From positions 6,818-70,817 of IMG/VR virus record IMGVR_UViG_3300028042_000006: 64,000 bases of DNA. One strand, 5' to 3'. The DNA is from a virus. Below, in pieces: positions 54,555-64,000 of this stretch; position 1 is the stretch's first letter; each line of letters opens with the position of its first letter. The notes under the pieces are model-generated. The model was not told the DNA's origin. It did no database searches and saw only the letters and a program-made list of their open reading frames with translations. A program made the position numbers and the translations under genes.

Positions 54555-56933
54555 TTATATCCTTCCGTTTACATCGCCCTTGGCGTTTTGCATTCTTGTC
54601 ATAGCTTTATCTCCAAGTTCTCTTGCCTTCATGTCTGCAATGGTTAAGTCCTTGTCTGCATTCATACTAGCGATCCCTGCAGTTTCAATACTCTTAAGTG
54701 AATCTGATCTTTCTTTCATTGATAGTTTCAGCTGGTCAAGTTCCTGCTTGTGCTTCTGGCGCAACATTTCAATTTCTTGATCGTTCATCCATTGTGCTTC
54801 TTTGTCATCAATCTCTTCTTGTCTTACGGTTCCGTCAGCCATACGAACAAAGTTGAGTTTAGCCATATCAGACTCTTGCTCAATCTTGTCAGCTTGTGCA
54901 TTTTTGAGTCTAGTGTTTGCTTGATTTTCATCAACCTCGGACAACAAGTTCTGTGCAGTTCTGCTTTCACGTTCTTCAATTTTGCTGTCTTCAGATTCAA
55001 TTTGTTTAGCAATATTTGCAATTTCCATTTTAAGTTTCTGGTTCTTGAGTAATTCATTCTCAAGTTGCATCTTCTTCATTTCTTGCTCGACAGGATCAAC
55101 TGGTGGTTCAAACTCTAAAACTTCTTTTGCAAGATCTGGCTCTTTCCATAGTTTAGCGATACGAGCATAAATGATTTTTGATAAATTTGGATGCATGGAT
55201 GCTGCATTTGTCTGCATCAACATATTAAGCTTCTCAGCTTTTTCGTTGTCTTTTTCTGGAGTAGATACATCTACAATAAGATCAAACTCACCACGCAAAT
55301 CTTCTCTTCTGACAGATACGAATTCTTCATTGGTGATTCTTACAACCTCTTCTTCTTCAAGAAATGATTGGTTCATTATGATATCTTTCATCGCAAGATC
55401 TTTGAACAGTTGTTCAGATAGTCTTCTGAGGATTGATAATTCTCTTTTTGCCGTAGCATCAAGTGTAGATCTAATTCCAGCAGCAACAGAACCAAGTGAT
55501 TGACTTCCAAGACCTTGAGAGAATGACTTTGTACCAGACATAGACTCTGCATCATTTTGATGATACTGAATCATGTCAAAGATTGCTTTAGGAACTGGAT
55601 CAACAGTAGTCTTGAATATTGCAGTGGCAGGATTCATTCCATGTCTGAAGTAAACAGTTTTACCTGAACGATAGTTGTCTTTCTGAGAAGGACCAGCAAA
55701 GAACTGCTCATCGATAAACTCTTGACCAACAGCTTGTGTTGAAGTTATATCGTGTGCTGCTCTCATCATTTTACCGACAGACTCTTGGTTCTCGATTAGT
55801 AGTTCACCATCTGGCTCTCCATAAACTTCACCCTCTTTTGGCATATACTTCGCAATAGAGAACGGAAGTCCATCAAAAGGGAATGGGCTCAACTCCATAC
55901 GGATTAAGACCTTATCTACCCAAGTCGCAACAATAGGCTCAACAGAACCATCACCATCTATATCCCAGTATCCCCAGTATTCATAAGCTCTGAGTTTTTT
56001 ACGAGGCTTGTCTTTAAATGTAAAGTTAGTCTTGTCTGTTTTACCAGTGGAGTCGTAGTCGTCATAATGAACCTCTCCGTTTTCTTGATCACTAACATTT
56101 AGCTTCTTGAGGTTTTTGTAGATACCAGTTTCGTTACCATCTTCATCTACAGAAAACTTCTGATCATTCAGTGTGGCCATATCTGTATCATACTCATGCA
56201 CAACGAATCGTAAATCTTTGGTCTGCTTTGCCGTTGGATCAATTACAACATTTTTGAGATCACAAACTTCATGAGTAGGATTGTTCTTTGTGAGAACTTT
56301 TTTGTCCTCTTGAATAATCTTTGTCCCAATTTGCATTGGTTCTCCAGATTGCATCTTTTGTTGCATTTCTTCTTGCGACATCTTTCCAGCTTGAACCATC
56401 TTTTGCATCATCTGCAGTGATTGCTCAGGGCTTCCGAATACTGGAACCTCTTTATCTACTGAAATAAGTTCTTCTTTGACTTCCCATCCAGTCTTGACGA
56501 TAACCGTACCTTTGTCCACAATACATCTTACTGCATCACCAACAAATTCTACTTTATCGATTTTAGTAGTCCACTGCCAATTCAGAACCAGCTCATTCTG
56601 TTCTGCTGCAGGTCTATCTTCAAATGTTCTAGGCTTAATCCTAAACATTTCCTCTGTATTAAGGAAAGGCTCTTCGAGGGCAGGGTATTTCCACTCTGCT
56701 TGTTTACGAATAAGCTTAGGTCTAACTTTACTTTTACCCTTCTCTACATTGATTGGCTTACCACCATCCATATTAACTTCATACTCATCGAGTTTTGTAA
56801 TTAATGTTGAATGGTCTTCTTGTGCAGCCTTGTAGTCGGAATATAAGTCATCAAAACTAGGTTCGTTTTCCCAGTCAGTTAATGGTGCTGGTCTTGAAGG
56901 ATCAAAATCCTCCACTTCGTTTTCTTCTTTCAT
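54555..56933 (-). CDS. portal protein (N4 gp59 family)
   Basis: LTDWENEPS...KSKVRPKLIRKQAEWKYPALEEPFL, YEYWGYWDIDGDG, GEPDGELL.ENQ, LRRL. Confidence 0.93.
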   Translation of the reverse strand: MKEENEVEDFDPSRPAPLTDWENEPSFDDLYSDYKAAQEDHSTLITKLDEYEVNMDGGKPINVEKGKSKVRPKLIRKQAEWKYPALEEPFLNTEEMFRIKPRTFEDRPAAEQNELVLNWQWTTKIDKVEFVGDAVRCIVDKGTVIVKTGWEVKEELISVDKEVPVFGSPEQSLQMMQKMVQAGKMSQEEMQQKMQSGEPMQIGTKIIQEDKKVLTKNNPTHEVCDLKNVVIDPTAKQTKDLRFVVHEYDTDMATLNDQKFSVDEDGNETGIYKNLKKLNVSDQENGEVHYDDYDSTGKTDKTNFTFKDKPRKKLRAYEYWGYWDIDGDGSVEPIVATWVDKVLIRMELSPFPFDGLPFSIAKYMPKEGEVYGEPDGELLIENQESVGKMMRAAHDITSTQAVGQEFIDEQFFAGPSQKDNYRSGKTVYFRHGMNPATAIFKTTVDPVPKAIFDMIQYHQNDAESMSGTKSFSQGLGSQSLGSVAAGIRSTLDATAKRELSILRRLSEQLFKDLAMKDIIMNQSFLEEEEVVRITNEEFVSVRREDLRGEFDLIVDVSTPEKDNEKAEKLNMLMQTNAASMHPNLSKIIYARIAKLWKEPDLAKEVLEFEPPVDPVEQEMKKMQLENELLKNQKLKMEIANIAKQIESEDSKIEERESRTAQNLLSEVDENQANTRLKNAQADKIEQESDMAKLNFVRMADGTVRQEEIDDKEAQWMNDQEIEMLRQKHKQELDQLKLSMKERSDSLKSIETAGIASMNADKDLTIADMKARELGDKAMTRMQNAKGDVNGRI

Positions 56934-56947
56934 GACTTATAATCCTG

Positions 56948-57406
56948 TTATTTGTTGTTTTCGTTATCTACAGCTTGTTTCATAGCAGCAATTCTTGCAT
57001 CTATATCTTGTTGCATTGATTCGATACTTTCTTCCGGCTCGTCATCTGCAATTGTTGCATCCAGATGCTCGTTCTTCATGACATAATCAGAACTTGATAC
57101 TGGAACATCAACATCTGAAGGGCATGTGCCAGTACTAGCTTTCCCATCATCTTTGAAGTCTTTCCAATCCATAGCTTGATCCGAACATTCTCCGTGTTTA
57201 CAAGTATCAGCCTTCTTCAAGGTTCTTGCTTGTGGAGATTTTCTTTGATCATCTATTCCAGAAAACGCATCTCCATAGATTGATGCAGGATTTGTTGGTT
57301 GCCCGGAATATAACAATGCAAGTTCTTCGAATAAGATCTCACCCTCAGCATAGCTGATTTTGGTATCTTTCCCTCCAAGGCTAATTGTTATATCAACTTT
57401 AATCAT
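56948..57406 (-). CDS. hypothetical protein
   Basis: 152-aa ORF in the late operon. Confidence 0.7.
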   Translation of the reverse strand: MIKVDITISLGGKDTKISYAEGEILFEELALLYSGQPTNPASIYGDAFSGIDDQRKSPQARTLKKADTCKHGECSDQAMDWKDFKDDGKASTGTCPSDVDVPVSSSDYVMKNEHLDATIADDEPEESIESMQQDIDARIAAMKQAVDNENNK

Positions 57407-57597
57407 TATGGTGCCTTTGTTCCTGCAGTAGGGTTAGTAACTGGTGTTACTGGTGCTGGTTTAGCTGCTGGTTTAGTTGCCGCTGCTGGTGTCTTAGTAG
57501 TAGAACCACCTGCTGCTTTTTCAAGTGCTTCAATTCTAAGTGTCAATAGTCCCAAGTCTTCTCTGATTCCGTCTGCTGATTGTCCGTATAAAGCCAT
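57406..57597 (-). CDS. small coiled-coil, Ala/Pro/Thr-rich virion protein (start revised to MALYGQ)
   Basis: AAGGA SD; promoter at 57629. Confidence 0.7.
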   Translation of the reverse strand: MALYGQSADGIREDLGLLTLRIEALEKAAGGSTTKTPAAATKPAAKPAPVTPVTNPTAGTKAP

Positions 57598-57628
57598 GTT
57601 GTGTCCTTTGTTATTTTTGTATGTGTTT

Positions 57629-57637
57629 ATTATATCA
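57629..57637 (-). promoter_or_regulatory. extended -10 promoter TGATATAAT (portal operon)
   Basis: TGnTATAAT 30 nt upstream of the ATG at 57597. Confidence 0.65.
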
Positions 57638-57673
57638 GAATTTATAAATAAATCCCGATACAAAGTTGTATTA

Positions 57674-58726
57674 TTAAACCGCTTCTGTTAGTTTTTCAAT
57701 CCAGAACGCACCTGCACTTGCTTCGTCAGTTGCACCATTTGCTCTATATTTAATCAGAACCAGGTTGCTTCTCTTGGTGTCTTCAACATAGAAATCATCA
57801 TCTTTAGTGAAGTCAAAGTGAGGAATCTGTTTGAAGGTTGCGATACACTCTGCTCTTGTAATCGATGTCCATAGTTTTACTGTACCGATAACAGTAGTTC
57901 TGAATTCTCTGATCATCTTTTCAGTCAAATGTTTTGCACCATACAAGTTCATAATCTTACCAAGTTGCTCTGCTGTTGGAGGTGTTGCATCAATGTCAGC
58001 AACAGTTGCTACATCGTTAGGCTTTAGTGCAGATAGATCTCTCTGTACCCACTGTCCCCATGCTGTACCATCAAATGCTCTTGTGTAAAATCTTGCATCA
58101 TTAATGTCCATAAACTCTTGATAGATCTTGTTCGACAATGCTGGATCAGAAAATACTTTTAAGATACCAAGAGAACCATCTTCAGGATAATGAAGTGCGA
58201 TTGTTCCTGCATCTGCTTTAGTAGCATTTCCGTAATAACCTTCAGTCTTGAATGTATCAAGGTTGATGGCTTTAGCAAGAGGATTTGGATTAGTAAAACT
58301 TGAGCCCATTGGCACAACACCATCGGCTCCCTTTGCTCCATCAGCTCCTTTAGCTCCTGCAGGTCCAGTTGCACCAGCAGCTCCGGCCTTACCTGGCGCA
58401 CCAGCCGTTCCTTGTGGTCCGGGAACAGTTGAGGCAGGACCTACAGCTCCGACAGCTCCAGCTGGTCCTGTTGCACCTGCGGCACCTGCTGTACCAGCGT
58501 CACCTTTTGGTCCAGCAACACCTTGGATACCCTGAGTTCCATTATGTCCAGGATCTCCCTTTGGTCCTTGCGGTCCAGTAGCTCCGGGTGCTCCATCTTT
58601 ACCAGCATCTCCCTTATCGCCTTTTGGTCCTTGACCAGGTGCTCCTCCACCAGCATTCTTTAGTTTGTCTTCTAATCTGCTTACTCTTCCGTCTAACCAT
58701 TCTTCATTCTGTCCATATAAACCCAT
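57674..58726 (-). CDS. collagen-like tail fibre with pyocin-knob-like domain
   Basis: ~35 Gly-X-Y triplets; LDTFKTEGYY...YP...GILKV...YQEF...FYTRAFDG.AWGQW knob pattern. Confidence 0.8.
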   Translation of the reverse strand: MGLYGQNEEWLDGRVSRLEDKLKNAGGGAPGQGPKGDKGDAGKDGAPGATGPQGPKGDPGHNGTQGIQGVAGPKGDAGTAGAAGATGPAGAVGAVGPASTVPGPQGTAGAPGKAGAAGATGPAGAKGADGAKGADGVVPMGSSFTNPNPLAKAINLDTFKTEGYYGNATKADAGTIALHYPEDGSLGILKVFSDPALSNKIYQEFMDINDARFYTRAFDGTAWGQWVQRDLSALKPNDVATVADIDATPPTAEQLGKIMNLYGAKHLTEKMIREFRTTVIGTVKLWTSITRAECIATFKQIPHFDFTKDDDFYVEDTKRSNLVLIKYRANGATDEASAGAFWIEKLTEAV

Positions 58727-58735
58727 GTTAATTCC

Positions 58736-60019
58736 TTATACTATTTCTGTAATTAAACCGTTAACAACGGTAACTGTTTTGCTGTCTGCTGTCTTGAATG
58801 TTCCACTTGCACCACCCCAAATAGTTTGAGTGCCTACTGTTCTCCCTGCTCTAAATTCACCTTTTTCATTGATGGCAAAAATAGACTTAGTTGGAACGGC
58901 ACCGGGAATATCATTTGGAACGATGATCGCAAGTTCGTTCTGGTTCTGAATAAAGTAAGTACCAGGCTTGTCAACATGAGAACCAGTGATGTCTTGTTCC
59001 ATGATGTTCTTTCTAACTCTGTACACAAAGTCAGGGTTCAGTTCATCTAGGTCGATATCTCTGTTCACTTCAAGGTGATCAAGTTTTGCTTGGTCTGCAG
59101 GATTCAGCGATGCTCCACCACCAGCAGGTCCTTGTGGTCCAGTCGGTCCTTGAGGTCCAATAGCTCCTTGAGCACCAGTTAATCCAGTGTCACCTTTAGC
59201 TCCAGTAGCTCCGGTAGGGCCACCTTGTCCAACAGGTCCAGCAGGTCCTTGTTTTCCATCTTCACCCTTGAAAGAACCAATGTCAAACCAACTTGCTCCT
59301 GAAATATCATGTGGAGGATTTGGATTTGAGAATGAGAACAAATGATTTAAGACATTACCAGCTGAATCATGAAGAACCAAGTGAGTTTCTCCAAGACTAG
59401 GATTAGGATTGTTCTGCTCTAGCTGAGTGAAGGTATCGTATGTTTTACCCATATATAGACCATCACCAGTCTTACCAGTATCACCCTTATCTCCCTTGTT
59501 ACCTTGGTTTCCCTGAGGTCCAGTTGGTCCTGCAGGTCCAGTGATACCAGAGTTACCTTGAATTCCTTCGTTACCCTTGACACCTTCTGGTCCAATAGGT
59601 CCTCTGATTTGACCAAAGTTTACCCACTTGTTATCTTCAAAGACATAGCCATCACCAGTTACACCAGGAACAGATGCAGTAGGATCATCATTTTTAGCAA
59701 TCCAAATATCACCTTTTGATGGGTTGTTGATTGCAAGAATGTTATCAATATCTCTTGTACCAATAATTGTACCTGCTAAACCAGTCGCACCTCTATCTCC
59801 GGTGTTACCCTTGTGTCCTTCATGACCTCTCTCGCCAGTAGAACCTTTTGGTCCCCTTGGTCCGATATCGCCCTTACTTCCTTGTGGTCCATTTTTACCA
59901 GTTGCTCCACGCATACCAGTTGCACCATCTGTACCAGAGAAGCCTCTTGGACCTCTATCACATGGAATTACATTTGGGTTTACCGGACTTAATTTGTGCT
60001 TATCTTTTTTTGTTAACAT
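58736..60019 (-). CDS. collagen-like tail fibre
   Basis: Three Gly-X-Y blocks separated by WxxxGxx(R/K)G modules; C-terminal GTFKTADSKTVTVVNGLIT. Confidence 0.82.
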   Translation of the reverse strand: MLTKKDKHKLSPVNPNVIPCDRGPRGFSGTDGATGMRGATGKNGPQGSKGDIGPRGPKGSTGERGHEGHKGNTGDRGATGLAGTIIGTRDIDNILAINNPSKGDIWIAKNDDPTASVPGVTGDGYVFEDNKWVNFGQIRGPIGPEGVKGNEGIQGNSGITGPAGPTGPQGNQGNKGDKGDTGKTGDGLYMGKTYDTFTQLEQNNPNPSLGETHLVLHDSAGNVLNHLFSFSNPNPPHDISGASWFDIGSFKGEDGKQGPAGPVGQGGPTGATGAKGDTGLTGAQGAIGPQGPTGPQGPAGGGASLNPADQAKLDHLEVNRDIDLDELNPDFVYRVRKNIMEQDITGSHVDKPGTYFIQNQNELAIIVPNDIPGAVPTKSIFAINEKGEFRAGRTVGTQTIWGGASGTFKTADSKTVTVVNGLITEIV

Positions 60020-60029
60020 ATTTGTTCCT

Positions 60030-61232
60030 TTATTTTATACTTCCGTTTGTTTTTCCAGTATTAGAACCAGATGTTAAAAAACGCTTACCAGAAATGGCAT
60101 CGCCAGGATGACCTCCGCCATTGCCTCCAGCTTTACCCCATCTACCACCATTTCCTCCAGCAGTTCCTCTTGAGCCGGGCTTACCAGTTGAGCCACGCCC
60201 ACCAGTTTTACCCTTTCCTCCTCTGTATCCATAATATCTAGTACCATTTAATACAGCTGAATTAATACTACCAAGAGAACCAGCTTTTCCATTTGATCCT
60301 CCTCTTCCTGATGTTCCAGATTTTCCAGGTGTTCCATCAGTTCTTGTGGTTGTAAAGCTTTGACCAACTCCACCAATACCACCAGCACCACCATTGCCTC
60401 CTGAACCACCAGCTCCACCAGCACCTCCAGCACCTCCATTTCCACCAGGTATGTTGTGATACTTTGTGGTTGTCCCGACAGTAACAGAACCAGCGGTCAT
60501 AATGGTTATGACACCATTCCATCCGCCACCACCTGCACCTCCACCATGAGCCCTTGCCCCACAAGGGAATGTTGCTGGATGGAAGGAAGGTCTTTTTCTT
60601 CTAAGAATACATTTTGTTTGTCCACAAGGTGATCGAAGGAGAGACTGTAGTGTTCCTCCCATATTACAACCCTTAGTAGTAAGTGACCAACCATATTTTG
60701 TTTCCCCGTGACGAAAAGAGAAGTTAGCTGGCCAACTTACAACTTTTGGTACAGTGTACGAAACCTTCTTAGTTCCAGCATTAGCACCTCTAGCTCCAGT
60801 TGATCCTTTACTTCCAGATGCTCCACGCCCACCTGCACTACCATTCTTTCCGTTACCACCAGTACCACGTATCCATCCATTATTTATAAGAGTCATCTTT
60901 GATGTAACATGCAACGCGGTGTGACCAATACTGGTTCCTCTTAATTCACCTTTTGGTCCGTTGATAAATGTAACTTCAAGACCAGACAAGTTTCCACTTT
61001 CCATGCTTGGTTGTACTCTATCGTTGACAACAGCAATTTGCTTCACGTTTTTAGGATTGTGTGCATTGATATAAGATCTAAGATTAAAGGTTTTGCTTTG
61101 CTGTCCGAGATTAATCGTAAGCATTCTTTGCCAAACCAATACTCGGTTCATATATACAAAGTCAATCACTTTTCCACCGTTAGATCTAACGTCTTGAATA
61201 TCCACCTTTTTTGAATTGACTAAGATTTGCAT
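60030..61232 (-). CDS. glycine-rich adhesin (T-even gp38-like polyglycine type)
   Basis: LINNGWIRGTGGNG followed by multiple GGxGGxGG blocks flanking variable loops. Confidence 0.65.
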   Translation of the reverse strand: MQILVNSKKVDIQDVRSNGGKVIDFVYMNRVLVWQRMLTINLGQQSKTFNLRSYINAHNPKNVKQIAVVNDRVQPSMESGNLSGLEVTFINGPKGELRGTSIGHTALHVTSKMTLINNGWIRGTGGNGKNGSAGGRGASGSKGSTGARGANAGTKKVSYTVPKVVSWPANFSFRHGETKYGWSLTTKGCNMGGTLQSLLRSPCGQTKCILRRKRPSFHPATFPCGARAHGGGAGGGGWNGVITIMTAGSVTVGTTTKYHNIPGGNGGAGGAGGAGGSGGNGGAGGIGGVGQSFTTTRTDGTPGKSGTSGRGGSNGKAGSLGSINSAVLNGTRYYGYRGGKGKTGGRGSTGKPGSRGTAGGNGGRWGKAGGNGGGHPGDAISGKRFLTSGSNTGKTNGSIK

Positions 61233-62389
61233 TATGCGTTGCTCCCATCATTTGTTAAATACAATGTAGAACCAGATAATCTCATCTTAACTGTTCCACC
61301 TTTTGAATTCGATGCGTAATTGTGTGCTTCAATCTTCTTTGCAAGTGCAGCACTCAAACCATTTACGTCAGACATTGGGTGTTTGTGTTTAGCTTTTGCA
61401 AAATATGCTGAAGTTTTACCATCAAGCTTATCTGCATCTAATCCAGAACCAGCGCCATCAACTCTCTTGATCATCTCAAGAAGCTCTTTGTCTGTATATG
61501 TATCACCTCTGTCGCCTTTGTCTCCCTTTGGTCCTACTGGACCTCGGACACCACGAGGTCCTGTAGCTCCTGTAGCTCCGGTAGCTCCGGTAGCACCAAT
61601 TTGACCATCAATACCATCTGCACCGTTGATACCGTGAGAACCGTGTGGACCTTGATGACCTCTTGGACCTCTAATTGGACCAACATTTTCCCACAAAATA
61701 GCCGGAACAACTTCAGCACAAACATATCCATCACCAGCCACTCCCGGAATTGAAGATGTATGGTCTGTGTTGTTTGCAATCCACATGTCACCAACTTGAG
61801 GACTTGGTAATGAAAGTATATGAGTAATAGAATGTGTACCTTTAATAACTACACCCGTTCCATCAGTTCCATCCACACCATTGACTCCAGCAGGTCCATC
61901 TAGTCCTCTTGGTCCAGTAGCACCTCTTGGTCCTTCTGTACCAGCAACACCGTCTTTACCGTTGGTTCCGTTGATACCATCGACACCGTTTACTCCATCG
62001 TTACCATCGTTACCATCGAGTCCTGCAATACCTTGTAGTCCGACTTCACCCTTCTGTCCTCTTGGTCCATCTTGACCATCAGTACCATCGATTCCATCAT
62101 TACCGTCAACACCATGTCTTCCGTCTTGACCATCTTTACCGTCAGTACCATTTCGACCAGGTTGACCGATACCTTCTCTCCACAGAGTAGGATCATCAAT
62201 GAACTCTCCGATATTGCTTGTTTCGACCATACTACCGTTGGCAATCTTTACTACGATACGAAGATCACCTGGAATTGAATTTGCTTCTGGTTGGTCTATG
62301 ATTACCATCGACTCTACTGGTACATCAAAGATGCCTACTGCATCTCTTCCTTTGAAGAAATAATTGGGATTACGTTGCATTGTGTGCAT
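61232..62389 (-). CDS. collagen-like tail fibre
   Basis: Long Gly-X-Y tracts; DGAGSGLDADKLDG and H.HPMSDVNGL fibre motifs. Confidence 0.85.
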   Translation of the reverse strand: MHTMQRNPNYFFKGRDAVGIFDVPVESMVIIDQPEANSIPGDLRIVVKIANGSMVETSNIGEFIDDPTLWREGIGQPGRNGTDGKDGQDGRHGVDGNDGIDGTDGQDGPRGQKGEVGLQGIAGLDGNDGNDGVNGVDGINGTNGKDGVAGTEGPRGATGPRGLDGPAGVNGVDGTDGTGVVIKGTHSITHILSLPSPQVGDMWIANNTDHTSSIPGVAGDGYVCAEVVPAILWENVGPIRGPRGHQGPHGSHGINGADGIDGQIGATGATGATGATGPRGVRGPVGPKGDKGDRGDTYTDKELLEMIKRVDGAGSGLDADKLDGKTSAYFAKAKHKHPMSDVNGLSAALAKKIEAHNYASNSKGGTVKMRLSGSTLYLTNDGSNA

Positions 62390-62453
62390 CCTTTTTTTGG
62401 AAATATATTTGTTTTATTATACTATGTTTCTGGTTCTAATTTTACCAAGACCC

Positions 62454-62915
62454 TTATGGCTTGACAATCTCTCTGGCTTCAAAATACAATCTGTCTTCAA
62501 GTACATCTGGAAAACCGATTACAGCTTTGTCCTTTAGAAGTATCACGACTGCTGGATCTGGTGTCGGTGTTGGAACGTATCCTTGCAACACATCATTGAT
62601 GTAATACTTGAATTTAGGAGTCGTTGTCTTATCGTAAGTAAGCTTTCTTCTTTCGTTCTTGTCTACTTTTGGTGCACCAGTTGGCTTACCGTGAGCATTG
62701 AGAGGCTTAAGAGAACCATACACTCTCTCTTCAATTGTGTAGGCATCAATGTCTGGTTTCCACCCCGTGTTAGTATGTCCATGCTGAACGTGTTGACGAT
62801 TTGTGATGACAACCTTTGGTATGCCATACTGATCTAGCTCGAAGAGTGAAGTTTGCACTCCCTCCTCAACGTCCATCGTTCTGCCTAGTGGTATTTTTAC
62901 GAATTCTAATCCCAT
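62454..62915 (-). CDS. hypothetical protein (tail region)
   Basis: AAGGAG SD; 153 aa. Confidence 0.7.
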   Translation of the reverse strand: MGLEFVKIPLGRTMDVEEGVQTSLFELDQYGIPKVVITNRQHVQHGHTNTGWKPDIDAYTIEERVYGSLKPLNAHGKPTGAPKVDKNERRKLTYDKTTTPKFKYYINDVLQGYVPTPTPDPAVVILLKDKAVIGFPDVLEDRLYFEAREIVKP

Positions 62916-62924
62916 CTTGTCTCC

Positions 62925-64000
62925 TTAGATTGGTAAGAAGACTTTAACAGTCTTCGTCTTTAGGTCTGCTATTGCTTTTTTGACCGCAGGTTTATTCAAG
63001 TCTGGTGCTTTATTTCTCCACGCTTGAATAGGTTTCTTAGGATCGATAGCATGAGCAGCTTTAGATGCTTCATACACCGGGTTATCAAGATACAAACTTG
63101 TTCGACCTATTGAATCTCCTTTTGAGAATGCAATCAGTATTGACTCAACAGCTAATGCAGTCAAATTGTTGTCACGATAGTTCGCATCAATTGTATTAAT
63201 GTTTCCATCTCTTGCTGTTGCTGTTCCTGCATAATCTGTGATGTTTTTATTTCCATAAATTCTAACACTATGTCCTACATTTTGTAGGTGCTGATGTGGA
63301 CCAGATAAAAGAAGTACACCAATTGTGGGAATCTTTCCAGTTATCTTTGGCATGTTTCCTATCTCAAATAATAAGATGTTTGGAAACAAATGAATATCAG
63401 GAATTGCTCCAGCTATGTTTGGAAGATCATACAATCCATACTCTTTCAGTGAAGCCTTAGAACCAGTTAACACTGGGAGTGCAGATTTTGTTCCACCCTC
63501 ATGACCAATTGTTGACTGACCTACGTACAGTATATTTAGGCTATTAGATGCTAGATTAGGGAATCCACCATCAAGAGCAAGTTCTGCTGTGCGATCTAAT
63601 GCATGTGGTCTAATACCTGCTAGAGAAATCTCTTTCAATGCAGGAAGAGGCTTCTTGAATGTACCAGTGACACCCTTACATCCGATGAGCTTAAATTGAA
63701 ACAAGTTCGGTGTTGTTGTAAAGTCACACATTGTTCCTATTCTTTGGTTTGTACCGCGACCCCAACCATCAAGATCTATGTGTGTCATCTTGTATCCATT
63801 GAACACAGATATGTCAACTATAATTGATGGAGAATCTCTCAGGCTTAATTTCTTTAGATTCACAAGTCTCTTCATCATAGCATCAGACCATATTCCTAGT
63901 GGCGCATGATATGCAACTCCATTGGCTACTGATTCATCAGTAGAAAAAGATTCAAGCGTTGTTGGAAAGTGAGCTGGTATCAACTTGCCTTCACATTGCG
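62925..64000 (-). CDS. leucine-rich-repeat-like protein, 5'-truncated by the window edge
   Basis: Repeated LxxLxL...GxIP units (LKEYGLYDLPNIAGAIP, ILLFEIGNMPKITGKIP); frame open to position 64000. Confidence 0.6.
   Translation of the reverse strand, partial: QCEGKLIPAHFPTTLESFSTDESVANGVAYHAPLGIWSDAMMKRLVNLKKLSLRDSPSIIVDISVFNGYKMTHIDLDGWGRGTNQRIGTMCDFTTTPNLFQFKLIGCKGVTGTFKKPLPALKEISLAGIRPHALDRTAELALDGGFPNLASNSLNILYVGQSTIGHEGGTKSALPVLTGSKASLKEYGLYDLPNIAGAIPDIHLFPNILLFEIGNMPKITGKIPTIGVLLLSGPHQHLQNVGHSVRIYGNKNITDYAGTATARDGNINTIDANYRDNNLTALAVESILIAFSKGDSIGRTSLYLDNPVYEASKAAHAIDPKKPIQAWRNKAPDLNKPAVKKAIADLKTKTVKVFLPI

Noticed and set aside
24409-62278. Numerous 60-150-aa plus-strand ORFs within the late region, and minus-strand ORFs within the early arm
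   Set aside because: Antisense or alternate-frame shadows of long genes, without SDs; several simply mirror collagen or glycine repeats.
1-64000. tRNA, tmRNA, rRNA, integrase, transposase, DNA polymerase, terminase
   Set aside because: No cloverleaf/T-loop context or catalytic motifs found by eye. Polymerase, RNAP II and terminase may lie outside the window.

Overview
This AT-rich 64 kb window is most of the genome of an N4-like (Schitoviridae-related) podophage. The rightward arm (1-23.5 kb) carries recombination, replication and nucleotide genes: a PD-(D/E)xK nuclease, SF2, Dda/RecD-like and UvrD-like helicases, ThyX, a lambda-O-like initiator beside four 22-bp iterons, an N4 gp43-like primase, a Sak4-like ATPase, SSB, a RuvC-like resolvase, a Prs-like plus Nampt-like NAD+ pair and a MazG-like enzyme. 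It also has several large structured non-coding regions. The leftward arm (23.5-64 kb) is the virion module: three ~2,000-aa ejection proteins that together correspond to N4's single virion RNA polymerase, gp51-gp59-like genes including major capsid and portal, and collagen/glycine-rich tail fibres. No DNA polymerase, RNAP II, terminase, tRNA or CRISPR array was seen in the window. Main findings: (1) the tripartite vRNAP chain has only four cysteines in ~6,100 aa, all at the two internal gene junctions, suggesting head-to-tail covalent linkage; (2) these injected proteins carry NADAR, macro-like, SLOG-like, zincin and 2H-phosphoesterase domains, candidate anti-defence cargo; (3) a 37-nt covarying stem-loop module is shared by two distant large ncRNA candidates; (4) an iteron/O-like origin sits where N4 has its DNA polymerase; (5) the octamer TGGTTCTG is strongly over-represented. 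Host is inferred, not proven, to be Campylobacterota. All family calls come from motif recognition by eye; no searches were run.
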